A stretch of 62,937 bases of DNA, filler included, from Cercozoa sp. M6MM (GCA_040357565.1; 13 parts of 13 records of this genome joined end to end with filler, not necessarily neighbours in it); one strand, 5' to 3'. Shown: positions 13,223 to 26,894, numbered from the whole stretch's first letter. Notes: a model not told the origin generated them from the letters alone. Made by a program: numbers and translations.

Positions 13223-16049
13223 CTTTCTCTCACTTTCTCTCTCCTTCAACGTGTTCATGTCTGTACTATGCTGCATCGATTCAGTGACCCGAGTGACACG
13301 TCGGTGTCTGCCATCAACAAGAGCGCGTCGAACCGCCGTCGTCGACGTGAGCTCTTCGGTGGCAATCTTGTGGTACTCTTGTGCTGTATCCAGCGTGTGC
13401 TGATTTATGCACTTGGGGTTTTCAGGAGGACGACGAAGAAACAGAAGCGAAGGTTATGATGATCACTTGGTGTGTTGGACCTGCTTATGCATCTGTGCCT
13501 GCGAGTATCCATATGCTTTTGCTACTCAAAGGAACTGCGGCAATGCAGCACCGCCCGCGTCGCTTGCTGACTTAATCCCTGTAAGCACAATTTGATTCTA
13601 ATGTCGATTCTTTATCCGCATTGTGTGATTAGAACTCACAAAGTCAAGACTTTGATCTCTACGTTGTTGGCCTGCAAGAGGCCAAGGTATTTCTGTGTGC
13701 ACACATGCGCGTGCTTGCGTCTATTATTTGGTGGTGTTCTACCTGCGCAGTACGATGTCCAAGGCTTTCCCAACTGCCGTATGTTGCCTTTTAAACTGGG
13801 CTTGTTTCTCAGGAAATTACACAAACACATTTCCGCAGAGACGCACCTGCTGCACCTGCTCAAGCAGCATTTCGGTGAAAATTATGGCATTGTTGCGGAT
13901 GCTCACATGTGGGAGATGTACCTTTGTCTACACTGTTTCCTGTATTGCTGTATTGTGGACACTAAACTTGTGTGTTTGTAAAAACAACATAGTCGTCTGT
14001 TCGTTGTTGCGCCGATTGCGGTGCGCGACTGTATCACGGCTATCTCGGTGTCTAAAGAGGCGACAGGCATCGGAGGAATCATGGTACACAGCTCGTTCAT
14101 TCCATGTACCCGACCACTCACAAAACTCCACCCACAAAAACAAAACTCGCAAACTTGTGTAGGGCAACAAAGGCGGTGTCGCGATTTCGCTGACGCTCAG
14201 CGGCACTCGTCTCTGTTTTGTCAATTCGCACCTCGCTGCTGTACGTTTTATGTGTTCCTGTACGTCACCTCCTGCAACGTGATCTTTTTGTTCCTACAGC
14301 ACCAGGACAAGACAGAGAAGCGCAATGCGGACGTTCGCGAGATCGTCAATGGTGTGCGCGTTGGACTGGAAGGCCAGGACATTCTAAATCAGTTCCACTC
14401 AGTGTTTTGTACCACACTTCTATTTTGTCTGACCTGTTAAGTGCTTGTTTTTATTATGTGTGTCAAAGGGATGGGTGACCTCAATTACCGCCTCGACTAC
14501 GGCGACCAGGGCAACAAACGCACTCCTTCGGCCGAATTGTTCAGTCGTATGACTTCCACGATCGGACAGGGAAAACTCAAGAGTCTTTTCCGTCACGGTG
14601 TGTCCCCATTTAGATTGCAGAGGCTGCCTCTTCTCTCAGTGTAGACTGTTTCACATACAGATCAGTTGTCTGCGGAGCGTGCCGCAGGTCGTGTATTCGA
14701 CGAGTCCAGTGGTTGGAGGGAAGGAGACTACGCTGAGTTGTACCGCGCACACTTTGTGTAAATGTACGATGAGTGAGGTTATTTTGTAGTGGCGTCGTAC
14801 CAACCTTTAAGGTGCTGCGCGACGAGTACCTGCAGTACACGAGCAAGCGCTCACCTGCGTGTAAATTTACCTTCTGGCTTTTGTGTATTTCTGTCTTTTT
14901 AAACCTGACGGTGTTCCTCAGGGTGTGATCGCGTGCTCTGGCGTTGCGCTCCTGGCTTTGAGGACGATGTGCAGCTGCGCAGTCTGACAGCAGTGTGCGA
15001 CGTCACCACGAGTGACCACAAGCCTCTGCGTGCTGTAAACTCTGTCTTCTGGTATCTGTCTTGATATATACTGTATGAACCTGAACAGGAATTCGGGGTG
15101 CGAGTGGTGTCGCAGGCTGCGTCGGTGCAGCTGACGCCTATTGTCGCCCGGGTATGCTTGTATCTGAGGGGGCAGCTTCTTTGATGAGTTCTTTCTTTGC
15201 ACAGACCGATGATGAGGACGACAGTGATGATACACTCATTTTGCGCATCAAGGACCTGTCGTGCGACGAGCTACCTCCTGCCGATGTGTCTGGCACCTCT
15301 GACCCGTATTTCGCTATCAAGTTGCTGTACACCTCTGTCATACTGTGTGCATGGTCACAGGTACGTGCGATTCCTGGCACAACCGATGTTAGAAGCCGCA
15401 GTCGACACTAAGGTCGTGAATTCGACGCTTGCACCCCGTTGGACTGACGATCAGGTAGGACTCTACAAAGACCAACAACACCATTGTACTTACCGTGATT
15501 GCTAGAGCAGGTGCCACCGCTCGTGCTGCGTTGGAACAATCTCAAAGTGCTTCGCCGTGCACTGCTTAGTTTCGTCATTCGAGACAGGGATCGCACCCGC
15601 GACGACACGATAGCCCGTGGACTTATCTGTACCTCCTCTTCTAAACTTATATATTCTCTGCATAGAGCTTCCAATGCTTCTTGCTGTTTTAGGTCTGCGC
15701 GAGGCAACAGATGCGTTTGAACGCCGGCTGCAAAAGTATCTCGCTTTCATGTCAATGAATTCCATTTGTCTACCACTGTCACTGTCAACTTTCTCAGCGA
15801 GGAAGAGGAAAGTGGTGAGGCCGAGTATGACGTGGTGCTTACCAGTCAAGGCCTGCCGGCTGGTCGACTTCGTTGTCGTTTGCGGCTTGAACTCGCTGGT
15901 ACTTAGTCAGCACATATATACGCCAGTTGTCGGGTGTCATTTCGTGTACGTGCTCAGGTGGTGGCGCTCTCACGCGAAGTCACCACCGCTTTTTGGATCG
16001 ACTGTCGCTTCAAAAACACCAAAAGCGAGTTGCCGTGTCACGCGACTGA
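11942..16049 (+). CDS. Inositol polyphosphate 5-phosphatase with N- and C-terminal C2 domains
   Basis: C2 ([10 protein letters not shown]|GSCDPFMKI...PVWNEVF...DWDRFSRND); 5-phosphatase motifs [46 protein letters not shown] and SDHKP; second C2 ([14 protein letters not shown]...TLAPRW). Predicted end ...AVSRD* at 16049. Confidence 0.92.
12048..12320 (+). repeat. (TG)n microsatellite in intron 1 of the 5-phosphatase gene (with assembly gap)
   Basis: Direct inspection. Confidence 0.95.
13044..13240 (+). repeat. (CT)n intronic microsatellite
   Basis: Direct inspection. Confidence 0.95.
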
Positions 16050-16612
16050 TCTACATGACATTTAAAGGGCCTGGTTTGAGACTGCCAGTGGATGTTGACC
16101 ACCAACCCGTTGCGGTTGGCCCGGCCCAACGCAGGTAGCAGGGCCTGGGCGGTAGTGTGCTAGGTGCGTAGTACAGTACGATCGGACGGATAGGATGTTG
16201 TTTGTGAGATTGTCACTTTTAGTGAAGACAACGACTAAAGAAAAGTAAGAATGTAAGGTCGTTTAATTTAGTGTTCGTTCGACGTCTCAATAAACCGAAA
16301 GATATCAGAAGGGAGAAGGTTACCCCAAGGTAGGGCCGTTGTTACGGTTGAAAGTGTGGAGAGGCTTGTTCTTCGGTTTCAAGCTAAGCAGCACTCAATT
16401 GTTAGGATACCGGCTCTCAACCTTAGCAAAACACTCTAACTCATAGTTGGCATGACTGTAGTTGCTTCCACGCGGAGCATGTAGTCAGCTCAGTAGCGTA
16501 GGTTGTATAATGTTGACAGTAACACGGACGATATTGAAATAGTACAGTCCGTCCGTCTAAACTAGTACCGTACGGCCTCTGCTCAAGGCAATTGTAAGGC
16601 GGTCGCATCTAC

Positions 16613-18015
16613 TTACTCAGGCAGCAAGAGCTTGCTCTCATCGGCCACGGCCTCGATGCCAAACTGCGCAAGCACACTCAACGCTTACTCACACGCGTTG
16701 CACATGAGTACACGTAAGCTATGCACCTGCTTCTTGATGGCCTCAGTGCGGTCGAGCTCCTTGAAGGGCTGCTTGCTGACATCGACGCGCACGGAGCAGA
16801 AGCCGCTCGGCGACGAGATCACACAACTTTGGACCCAGTCCTACCGGGTAAGGGGAAGGGAAGGAGTAATGAAGAAGGGAGTTAGGGGGAGGGTTGACCT
16901 ACCATGCCCTTGGGCTTCTTATCGTAAAGCCGCTTCATCAGCGCACTGTCCAAACGAAAATATGTTCACACAAGAGTGCATAAAGAGCATTCAAGCGGCA
17001 AAGAGCAAAAGGGGAAAACAGCGAAAGCATACACAGCGTTGCCGTGCAGGTGCGACAGCGGCATGGCCGAGTTGCCGATGCGCACGCGTGTGCGGCCGCG
17101 TTCGTCGAAACGGATCTGTGAGATGCCCTTCTGGAAGGACTCCACCGTGGTTTGCAGCTCCGACAGCGGCACCAGCGAGCCGAGTCGCTTGTTCGGCATG
17201 AAGCCACGCTGACCGAGGGCACGCGCCACGGGTGCGAGCTTCTTGATGTGTCTACACATGCGAATCTACACAGGAGCCAAGCCAAGAGTCTGTTAAATGA
17301 CAGCTGTACTGCTGTGTCGCGACAACCACATCGAACGGCAGGTTGTCTGGGTCCGCCTTTGTAGCCTCAATGATCTACACAACGCGTACACAACTAGATA
17401 CCACCCCAGTCGAGACAAAGACAGTTTTACCGCCTTGCAGCCGAGTACATTGGCGCCGAACTGGGCAAACTCTTCCATCATATCCGCGTCGTCGTCATCA
17501 CTGCACGAGAATAGCAAAGGAGGAACGCTCGAAACAAGAGCGAAGACAGAGGCAGGAAACAAACACGTGTGTACCACGCAAGAGCGACGCGCTTGGTCGT
17601 GCCGTCGCCAAACGGCAGCATGATCGTCGTACGGATGTCTTGCTCCAGCTTGCGCGTGTCCTGCCAAAGCGAGTACAGTTTTTCAAGCTCTGGTGTTGAC
17701 CTACATTGACCAAAACAACCATACCAAATGCGAACGCATGTTCAGGTTGATCGCCGTTGGCTTGTCGTGCGGACAGACCTGCACCAGACACAACATGAGC
17801 ATACATCGTGTGCAATCACAATTCAAAGCACATCTTACGGCGCGCACAATGTTGACCGCTTCCCTTAAGGACGACATGTGGCTGTGCAAAAACCTCCATA
17901 CATTTGACAAAGACAGCAACAAACCCGGGCTGAGGTTGGCATTTGGGCACCCCTCGAGCGGTCGCCAGCGGCGCTGCGTGACGCCGAGACTGCGCGCGGT
18001 TCTACCGGCGAGCAT
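16613..18015 (-). CDS. MRPL1: Mitochondrial (bacterial-type) ribosomal protein uL1
   Basis: Presequence-like start MLAGRTARSLGVTQRRW; IKKLAPVARALGQRGFMPNKRLGSL matches the uL1 LG.RGLMP.PK.GT motif; followed by IRFDERGRTRVRIGN. Confidence 0.78.
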
Positions 18016-18179
18016 TGTCGACAATTACACTAAGGCACGTCAGGAACACCTGCTGCGCCACCTAGCGCAGTTTGCACCAAATGGGCTACAGTGCACGTAA
18101 ATTAAGGATGCGGCCAGCAAGTCGCTTCGTGGCTTAGAGCTATTGTGACAGCGAGCTCGGTAGTTCCACGGCATTTAGG

Positions 18180-21083
18180 ATGACACTGGACGTGCTGTCG
18201 CTCGTGCAGCGCAGCCGTTACGAGAACGGTCTTCGCAACGATGACTTTGGTCGATACCGGTAGCTCGGCTTGTCTTCTGGACTGGGATATATATATATAT
18301 ATATATATATCGCATTCGTTTGATACGTGCAGCAAATACTGTACGAGCCGATTGCGCAAGCTGCGCAAGAAGCTTGGTCTGCAGCACCGTCCAGGTAGGC
18401 ATCTTTTCTTGATGTGGCAATCTCAATATATCTGCACCTTTGTTGCAGACGGCGGTGACAGTGGAAACAAAGACAAGAAATTCCAGAAAAAGGTACCAAA
18501 ATACATTTTTAGGTACTGTAGATGTTCTATGTTGGTGTGTCGCAGGAGTTGACGCAGACCGACATTCAGGCAGGCGTGACGGTGCTCCAGCTGCCGCTGC
18601 TGGAGGCCGAGCGTGCCTGGGCGCATGCAATGAACCTCAAAGCTGTACCTGCTCCTGGCCTGTGTTGTCTGTGTGATATATGTCACAATGTGTGTGTATG
18701 TGTGTGACAGGAGTGCAAATCGCTGCGCGAGCACCACAGAGTCATCGCGCGACTCGGCAAGTCAGCGCGATACGCCACGCAGCTGCTGGACTTATGTCAG
18801 CACGGTACGTCTCCATCCATTGTACCAGTGCCCAGTACCTTTCAGACGTTTGATGTATCCAGTCGACTGCCCCGGCAAGGTTCGTATCCGCGCGGAAGTG
18901 GCAGCTTACACAAGTGCCACACACGCGACGCTCGCTCTCGAGAAGGAGCGGCACGCCGATGCACTCAAGCATTTGACCACCGCGATCGCTCTTGTATCTC
19001 CCTGTCCCCATTTTGCCTGCTCCTTTCATGTGCCCTTCTTGACTTCTGCAATGCACTGTGCAGTACGACGGTTTGGCCGAAGTGTGCGACGGTGAAATCG
19101 AAGTGATCAGTCGCGAGCAGTCGCAGCGCCTGTCGCGCCTGTCGCAGTACTGCGCCTACATGTGCCGCACGCAGCCAGTCTCTGAGACCGCCGACGATGT
19201 AGCCTCGAACATCGACTCCGAGACCCTGCTGGTCGCCCTTAAATCGGTATCTTCCTCCCTTTCGGGGGGTGTCCTGTATACCTACCTATACCCTCTTTGG
19301 TATCAGGAACGTCAGAGCGAGGGCGACATTGAAACAGAGACTGCCGATACACTCTTGTTCCGCGGTACCCGTGTGCCAGTGCACTTACCGCACGTGGTCA
19401 CTCTGTGGCACAAGGCACGCGCCTGTCTGACTGCTGCGCAACAGTACTCTTCTCCTTCTGTTTTGTGGGGGGGGGGGCTTCGCATACTAACACGTGTGTT
19501 GCCCGTGCAGGAAGAGCGAGGAAACCGAGCAGTTGGCACACGACGTGAAGTCGTGGCGCGCCGACGTTGCTGCGCTTGTCGATAAGGGTGTCTTGCGGTC
19601 TCTTTCGTTTTGTTTCATCCGTTTCAATCTATCATTTGCACAGCGAGAGAGCACGTTGACGACGCCGTGTTGCGCGTGCGACAGAAGCTGACGGCAACTG
19701 AGGGCGCTGTATGTTCCTTTTTTGCAGATGTGCTGCTGCAACTATAGATGCTCGAATGGTAGGACAAGCAAGACGTGTACGCGAAGGCGCAGCGTGCATC
19801 GTGGCGCACTGTGCTGTCGGCACTGCACTGGCTGCGATTGTGCGCACGTCGACAGGTTCGAATTCTTTGCCCCCCCCCACAGTTCCCTCCTGATATCCCT
19901 ATCTGCATAGGCACTCGAAGCGCGTATCACCCTTGAAACGACGCAGTACCTGCAGCAGCAAGAGCTGGTACCTGCCGCTTAATTGGCCTTTCTGTCCAGT
20001 GGGGAGCATCTGTCACTATGAACAGCTGCGACGTTCGCTGGACTCACTGGAGAAGTCCGGCATTGTGGCACCTAAGAAACCGATGTCAGCACTCGCGGTG
20101 GCCTCGCTGTGCCAGCAGTTTGTGCAGTGCAGCACGCTGTGCGCGCGCCTGCAGGACGCCGCCATTCCGCTGCACGACGACCAGAGCCATGTCGTTGACG
20201 AATCGCTCCTTCCTGGTACTCTAAATTAAGGAGGGTCTAAGTTAAGGAGGGACTGGTGATGCATAAGATACCTGTGTGGGATAGAGGAGCGCGAGGCGCT
20301 CGAAGCAGAGCTCGCCAAGCGTCGTGCCGCCATGTCACCCATGTCACAGGAGGAGTCGCAGGTTTGTCCTTGTGTTTGTGTTGTTGTTGTTGTTGTTGTT
20401 GTTGGTGGTGGTTGATAGTGTGCACATCTGACTGCAGGCACTGGCGTGTGTCAAATCGCTTCGTGCCTTTCTTCTGGCCGAGCATCAGCGTCAGCAGGAG
20501 CAGTACGAGTCGGCCTTCCGTCTGTACAGCGGCAGTCGCCTACACGCGCTAGAGGGCGCCTCGCCTCTTGTGATCGTTGCTTCCAAGGTACGCTTTGTCA
20601 TCTCACTGCTGAGACAGGGACTAATACCTGTGTGTACGCGCACAGGCACGTGTGTTGTTGGCGGCACTCGCAAAGCACGTGTACAACATGCAACATACCG
20701 ACCACACCGACACTGTGCTGGGTCACGACACTGAGCGTCCGCTGATGCAGCGACTTGATGGTGAGGGTCATCTATGTGACATGGGTCCCTTTTTAATGTC
20801 GTGTGGAAACAGACTACGATGCCGGGCGCGCCGACTTGTCGCACAAACTGGCGCAGTTTCCGCCGGCACCGCAGCCGATGGGCTGCAAGCCCATCCTTCT
20901 CGATCTCGCCTACGAGTACGTGCAGTACCCGCATGTCAAGACGCAGTCGGACGAGGAACCCGCCGTTGTGGTGTGTTTCTCTGCATTTCCCGTGTCTACT
21001 CTGAAGCTTCCATGTTCTTTTTGCAGGAGGAACAGGGAGCACCAAAGCAAGAGAAACGCGGCTGGCTTGGCAAATGGTTTTAA
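18180..21083 (+). CDS. SRP68: Signal recognition particle subunit SRP68
   Basis: MTLDVLSLVQRSRYENGLRNDDFGRYR|KYCTSRLRKLRK, LLEAERAWAHAMNLK, FPPAPQPMGCKPILLDLAYEYVQYP and C-terminal GWLGKWF*. Confidence 0.93.
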
Positions 21084-21544
21084 TTCCTGCCAATCGTAAT
21101 GGATCGGATGCACTGTGCGCCACCGTGTCGATGTTAACTGAACTGTTACTGACGTTTGTCCGTGAACAAAACGATATAAGATCGTAATTCGTCAATTAGA
21201 TTAGACGAAGCGAAGGAAACAAATAATTCGGTTCGAAGAAGCGAAGTGAAGAATTCCCCCAAATGTAGAAAACCCCTTCTCTTGCTCAAGATAGTGCAAC
21301 TGGCGTGGCCGGCCTCGGTTCATCCCCGCGGAGACTGCATAATCTGAGCCAGTCTGGTAATCGACTGTTATCGTGACGGTCAAACCGCATTTGGTTAACG
21401 AATTTGTAGTATCGTATACGTACGTACGTGAACGTTCGCGTTTGGTTTAGTCCAGCTTCGTTTCCGTTCGGTAAATCAACTGGCAAGGTCGGGTTTACCG
21501 CACGAACGCTCAGCGCTGTAGCAATGCGCACCTGCAGCATGACG

Positions 21545-22524
21545 TCAATCGTCAGTCCCCTCGAAAGAGTGCAGCAAATGCTGTGCCGCAGCATGCGCTC
21601 CCTGCATCCATGGAGCCACGGGAACGCGGGTCTGCTCGTTGAGGGCAGTGTGCAAGGCGTCGGCGCGCAGGAGGGAAACGTGCGGCGACTCTGCGTGCAC
21701 AAAAAGACACGTCACGCTGCGCAAACCGAGTGCGGTTCCCAGCTGGGCCGCCGTAGCGTCCAGCGGCAGCAGCGGCGTGCGCGACTTGGCACACAGGACA
21801 GGCAGGTGCGCCTGCAGCACCTCTGGAATGCCGCGTCGCGCCAACACGCACAGCGCACCAGCCGTCATGTTCCTGAAAAGATTAACAGCAAAGGAGTCAA
21901 AGAAATTGTGTAGAATTAGACAAGGAAAGGGCAAGGGGAAACACAACACACTTGGCGAGCGTCTCGAGTGCGCGTGTTACGGCGTTGAGACCGAGCACGA
22001 CGCCATCAGCGCCCAGCGAGTTCGGCTCGTCGGAAGCTTCGACTGCAAGGTCGAATTCATCGTCAGAAGGCGGAACTGCACGCTGCGACTGTCGCGCAGC
22101 CTTGTCCGACTTTTTGCTTCTCGTTTCGTCGCGCTTGTTTGATGTTTCGGCATCACCGGAGGCAACACGCGTCCTCCTGCGCTTGTTGCGGCGTTGTTTG
22201 GCGCGTTCGTTGGCACGCGCTTCGCGTTGAGCGCCAAACACGGTGCGCAGCGACTCAAAGTGCTGCGAAATCGCCTGACAGCACGCGCGGGACACCTTCG
22301 CATCCAAGGTTTCTGCGTGCTGCACGGCGAGCATGCCTGCGGGTTTCAAACTCACTTTGCGACGACTTCGCGCGCTTCAAGACGAAATGGAACGTACCAA
22401 AGCGGCCATGAACGACGGGACGTGGCGGACGCGTCTTCTTTTGAGCTTTCTTTGCCGTTTTGGCTTTTTTCTGTCCCTTTGATTGTTGTGGACCAGACAT
22501 TTTTTTCTCGCGTCTTGGAGGCAT
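21545..22524 (-). CDS. L7Ae/L30e-fold RNA-binding protein, Rpp38/Pop3-like RNase P/MRP subunit
   Basis: VVLGLNAVTRALE...LQAHLPVLCAKSRTPLLPL...QLGTALGLRSVTCL and a late PW motif; basic N-terminus. Confidence 0.7.
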
Positions 22525-22830
22525 GACGTCGTCTATCAAGCCACCAAATGCCCTGTGCACCTATTTCAGTAGCAACAAAGTGGTCCGGGGTGCTTCACGC
22601 TCAACAATAGAAGACTTTAAAAAATTACAGCGTTTTTTTACAGAGCGCTACTACAGTTCGTATCGTACAAGTACAGTTCGCATCGTACTAGTACCGCGCT
22701 GTCGCGCACCGCGCGCTGGCAGCGCAGGTAAGGCTAGTGGGTGACACGGCGACGCAGCGATCGTATGGCTTGGCAGCCGCGGATTCGCTCTTGAGTTCGG
22801 TCAAGTGCAGTTGTTGTTCAAAAACGGTGT

Positions 22831-24730
22831 TTAATAGAACGGAGCAGGCCTGTCAGGTTTTCTGATCGCAGGTGTAGAGGCGAGATCGATCTGAAAGCAA
22901 AGTGCCGGATAGTCGGCACCGCGCACCCTTCGGGTTTCTGATGTGAACAGCTGCACGTCGAAGCAAGCCTGCGCAATTGTCAGTGTGAGGCACTTATGAC
23001 AAGCTGAGGCAGAAAACAACCAAGTACCACAGAGAGTCCCAATGCCCTCAATGCATGAACAACGACGTGCCTCCTATAATCAGCAAGGAAGGTCTTCAAA
23101 GTTGTCAGTGTCAAACGCCCTCCAGCGAAAGTACCTCTGCGCGAAGCAATGCAGCTGATTCTTCGAAAACGAAAACACGCCGCGTTCGAACATTTGAGTT
23201 CCGTTCCTCACGAAACCTAAGAAAAGGAAGAAATTGAGTTACGCTTCACTAAATATAAATTAAAAAAACATGGAAAATACGAGTCAGGAGGCGTCTCCAA
23301 GAGTACTGCTCATTGAGTCCTGTCGACCATCGACACAGTTTTGAAATAAACAAATGTAGACATGACAAACAAACGAGACTGAGAAAGTCGGTATTCACCA
23401 ACTCGGAACTCTTCGTCCATCGAGACAGCGCCACACCGTTCGTCAGCCATCTGCATGGTAAGCTTGGAGGTAAATAGACTCGAGAAAACGAAGCGAGAAA
23501 GAACAGCGGAACTCACGTGACGGAAGATTGTAGCATCAGCCGAATTTGCAAAGTTAATTCCCAAGCTGTGCAGACACATTTTTCAGTCACACAGCAAGAC
23601 AGTCCACCAATTGACGCATTAAGTACCGTTCTCCGCACATAGGCTCCCAGCTGTCAAAGTCGGGAACATCAGTCCCTCCTCCTGCGACTCAAGCACACGA
23701 AATGACGAGAACCTTTGACACAGCAACAACACTCGTACCAGGCACGATAAAGACTCGCACGTCAGAGATGCCCTAAAGTAATTACAGAAATTCACACCGA
23801 CACGTTGAAAGCAATTGCACTACTTGTTCAGCACGGCGACGGCACACCGACAAAACCGCTGTGTACATTTTAGAGTGCGATCGAGTGTAGGGTGTTCAGG
23901 AGAACAATACATCATACCGTCAGTGAACTCGTGTCGCAACATTGAGTCTAAGCGTTGCACCGGCAGTTCTAACGGTACATATGGACATAGTTTAACAGAA
24001 ACGCCCACGCGCAAGCCATGCAAGCTGGCGCACCATGCCAACGGTCAGTTCTCATCCACAAAGGACGCGACTGCAGGTGCTCCTTGCTACCCAACGAGTA
24101 CAGGACGCCTATTCACAACACACAAACGAACTGTACCACACGCATCCTGACACTAGATGTATTCATAGATACCCATCAAACGCAACCTCCAACCACTGTC
24201 GATGCCCTATGCACAGCATTTGAGGTGGCAAACGAGGGCAGTTCGCACATAAAGGAAGTACTTGAGGGTGCTCAAGTCGACTGAAATCCTTAAGCACTCG
24301 TTCTGTCTCCTAAATATAATTACCGAGTCAACAAGAGGCATTTTACCTCATACAACAAAGAATGGCACCTGCAATGACACTTGTGCTCCAGCAGACAGCT
24401 CGAACGGCCTCGGTTGCAACACCTGCAGTACAGCAAACCAAATTTAATAACGTACACTGGATAGTATCAAAAGAACAAAGTTACCTGCTCGCGCAGATCG
24501 AGCGCGACCAGAGCGCGGTCCAGGCACTGCACCAGTGGTTCCAGCAAGTAGAACCGCGCCTAAAACGAAGCAACACGGACACAATCGTTCACAAGGTATT
24601 CCGCAAAACTGTGAGTACCTCGCAACGCAACTGCGCAAGTTCGTGCGTTGTGAACAAGGAGGCACGGAAGTGGCGCTCTCTCAAGTAATTCAGAATGTGC
24701 CGGAAGTAAGTTGGGTCACGATCAATGAAC
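22831..24730 (-). CDS. KCTD-type BTB/POZ domain protein, 5'-truncated
   Basis: Exon FIDRDPTYFRHILNYLRERH...ELAQLRCE|ARFYLLEPLV is the KCTD/T1 BTB signature. The C-terminal region is unrecognised and the stop is approximate. Confidence 0.75.
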
Positions 24731-24762
24731 TGTATGCACCACCATATGTATTGTTTTGTATT

Positions 24763-24833
<71 letters not shown>

Positions 24834-24933
24834 NNNNNNNNNNNNNNNNNNNNNNNNNNNNNNNNNNNNNNNNNNNNTTAATTAATTAANNNNNNNNNNN
24901 NNNNNNNNNNNNNNNNNNNNNNNNNNNNNNNNN

Positions 24934-26729
24934 ATATATATATATATATATATATATAAGTTGTATAGAGGTCAGACATACCGGCGGACAGAGCGGAGGC
25001 CAGTTGGCGAAACGCGGCGGCCGCCGTGGTAGTGTCGAAAGCGCGCGAGAAAAAGAGCACGCGACTGTTGATGGCCGCACTGTCGGCTTGGGGGTCCTGT
25101 GGTTCGGAGATATGTCTATCCCATACCCGTACCTAGCCAATGAGTGAGCTACCTCATGGAAGGCCGACAGAAGCATTTCAACCTGTCGCCAGACTCCAGC
25201 AATGTCGCGTGGATTCACGTCCTTCCCACATGTCAATAGCATAAGCATGCATACAGGCATATATACCTATAGTAGGGAGATATACATGTATAGGTACAGA
25301 CACATACAAGTATACACAGTAGGTACACAGTTATATACAAGTCTGTATATACATATATACACAACATATACACATGCAGTGTACCGGGTGCGATAGCAAG
25401 GCGCCCAGCAGCGCCGGCATTCGCTCTTGCGGCACGAAATGCGTCGCCACGCGCAGATGCGCCGCCTCGCGACCGTCTGTGCATTTAACCCTCCTCTTTA
25501 CCCCTCTTTGCCCACTGCCCCGAGTATACATGAGTACCCAAGGTAGCGCCAACACAGGCCGCGTATCGACCGAATTGTGCTGCATACAGGATCGGAGTCA
25601 AGGGATAAGCAAGCATAACACACAGTTGACATACCAGGCAGCAGTGCGAGGAAGCGATTGCCACCGCAGTCGGGCACATACAAAGCTCGTGTCTCTGGCT
25701 GTGCCATATAGGTGCAAAAGTTTAAAGGAGGTAAAGGTGGGAAAAATTGAAGGCACCATGCCGATACGAGCACGTTCGGAAACCACACGAAACAATGGGT
25801 TGCATGCAACGCCTGCGCCTCCTCCTGTAAGGAGATAAACAGTAAGGAAGAGAGAAGCAAAAGGGGAGTTAGCGAGGATAAAAGGGGACTTAAACAAGGA
25901 AGTAAGAGGGAGTAAAAGAGCACCCAAAGCGAGGCCGTCGACGAGCGAAATCACAGGCTTACGCAGCACGTGCAGCAAGTAGTCCATGTGGTACTCAAAG
26001 TACTGAGGTCAACACAAGTAAAATATAAAAGGTACGGAAGGAGGGAGTAAACAAAAGAACATTGAGGTGCCACGGCGGGTACTCTTCGTCCTCTTCGGTG
26101 CGCAGCGGGTGCGCCACTTCTTCTTCCACCTGCGGGGGGGGGGGGGGAAAACGGAGAAGGGGGTAAGGGGCAAGATCCCACACGTACGCAGTTGAGCGCA
26201 AGTTGCCGCATGTCGCCGCCGACGCAGAAAGCCCTGTTGTGTGCACTGGTGAGTACCACCAAGGACTGCCCAAGCACACGCACAACAGAAAAGGTGCACA
26301 TCGACAAAAGACCACTCGAACCAACCCACCACGAACTGGTCGGCGTCAGCACTCCGGAGGATCTGCGCCATGGCTACAACCAGACTAGTACTGTACCTGT
26401 CAAATTGTACTAGGTACAAATGTACTGGACGGAGTGTACCATGACACATCGAAAGCGCCAGAGCATTCAGTCGACTCGGACGGTTCAGTTGCAGCCACAA
26501 CGCGCCGTTCGCCTCGTTTACTGCCGAACATGGAGTGTATGCTTTGTAAACTCAGGCGAATGACCCCTTATTTTATAACACGCACTCGACTACATCGTTG
26601 GCACACTGGTTGCAAGGCAAACCTACGTCTGGCGCGCACAGTGCCGCGAGAAAACGCGATCTCTGCATCTGGGTGCCCATCGACGATGCACACGTAGTCT
26701 TTGAGCTTTAGATCACTTGGAGCTTCCAT
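24934..26729 (-). CDS. HIBCH: 3-hydroxyisobutyryl-CoA hydrolase (crotonase family), 3'-truncated
   Basis: LQLNRPSRLNAL, RAFCVGGDMR, EYHMDYLL...KPVISLVDGL|GGGAGV, AQPETRALYVPDCGG (conserved E and D) and VATHFVP. Start codon uncertain. Confidence 0.85.
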
Positions 26730-26894
26730 GCTACACACTTTTCACGATGCAACACGGCACCAAACATGCCGTAGCTCCACCAGAAGCGCTAAAATCAATT
26801 ATATTATAATCGGTTTTCTGGACTGCTGGGGTGCAAAATCCTTGACGTTGAGGCAGTGCAGTGCAGTGCAAACTGTGTTTTGGACACAAACGCA

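Noticed and set aside
16050-16612. snRNA or other ncRNA in the longer intergenic gaps
   Set aside because: No U1/U2/U5/U6 signature motifs found by eye; an Infernal search would be needed.
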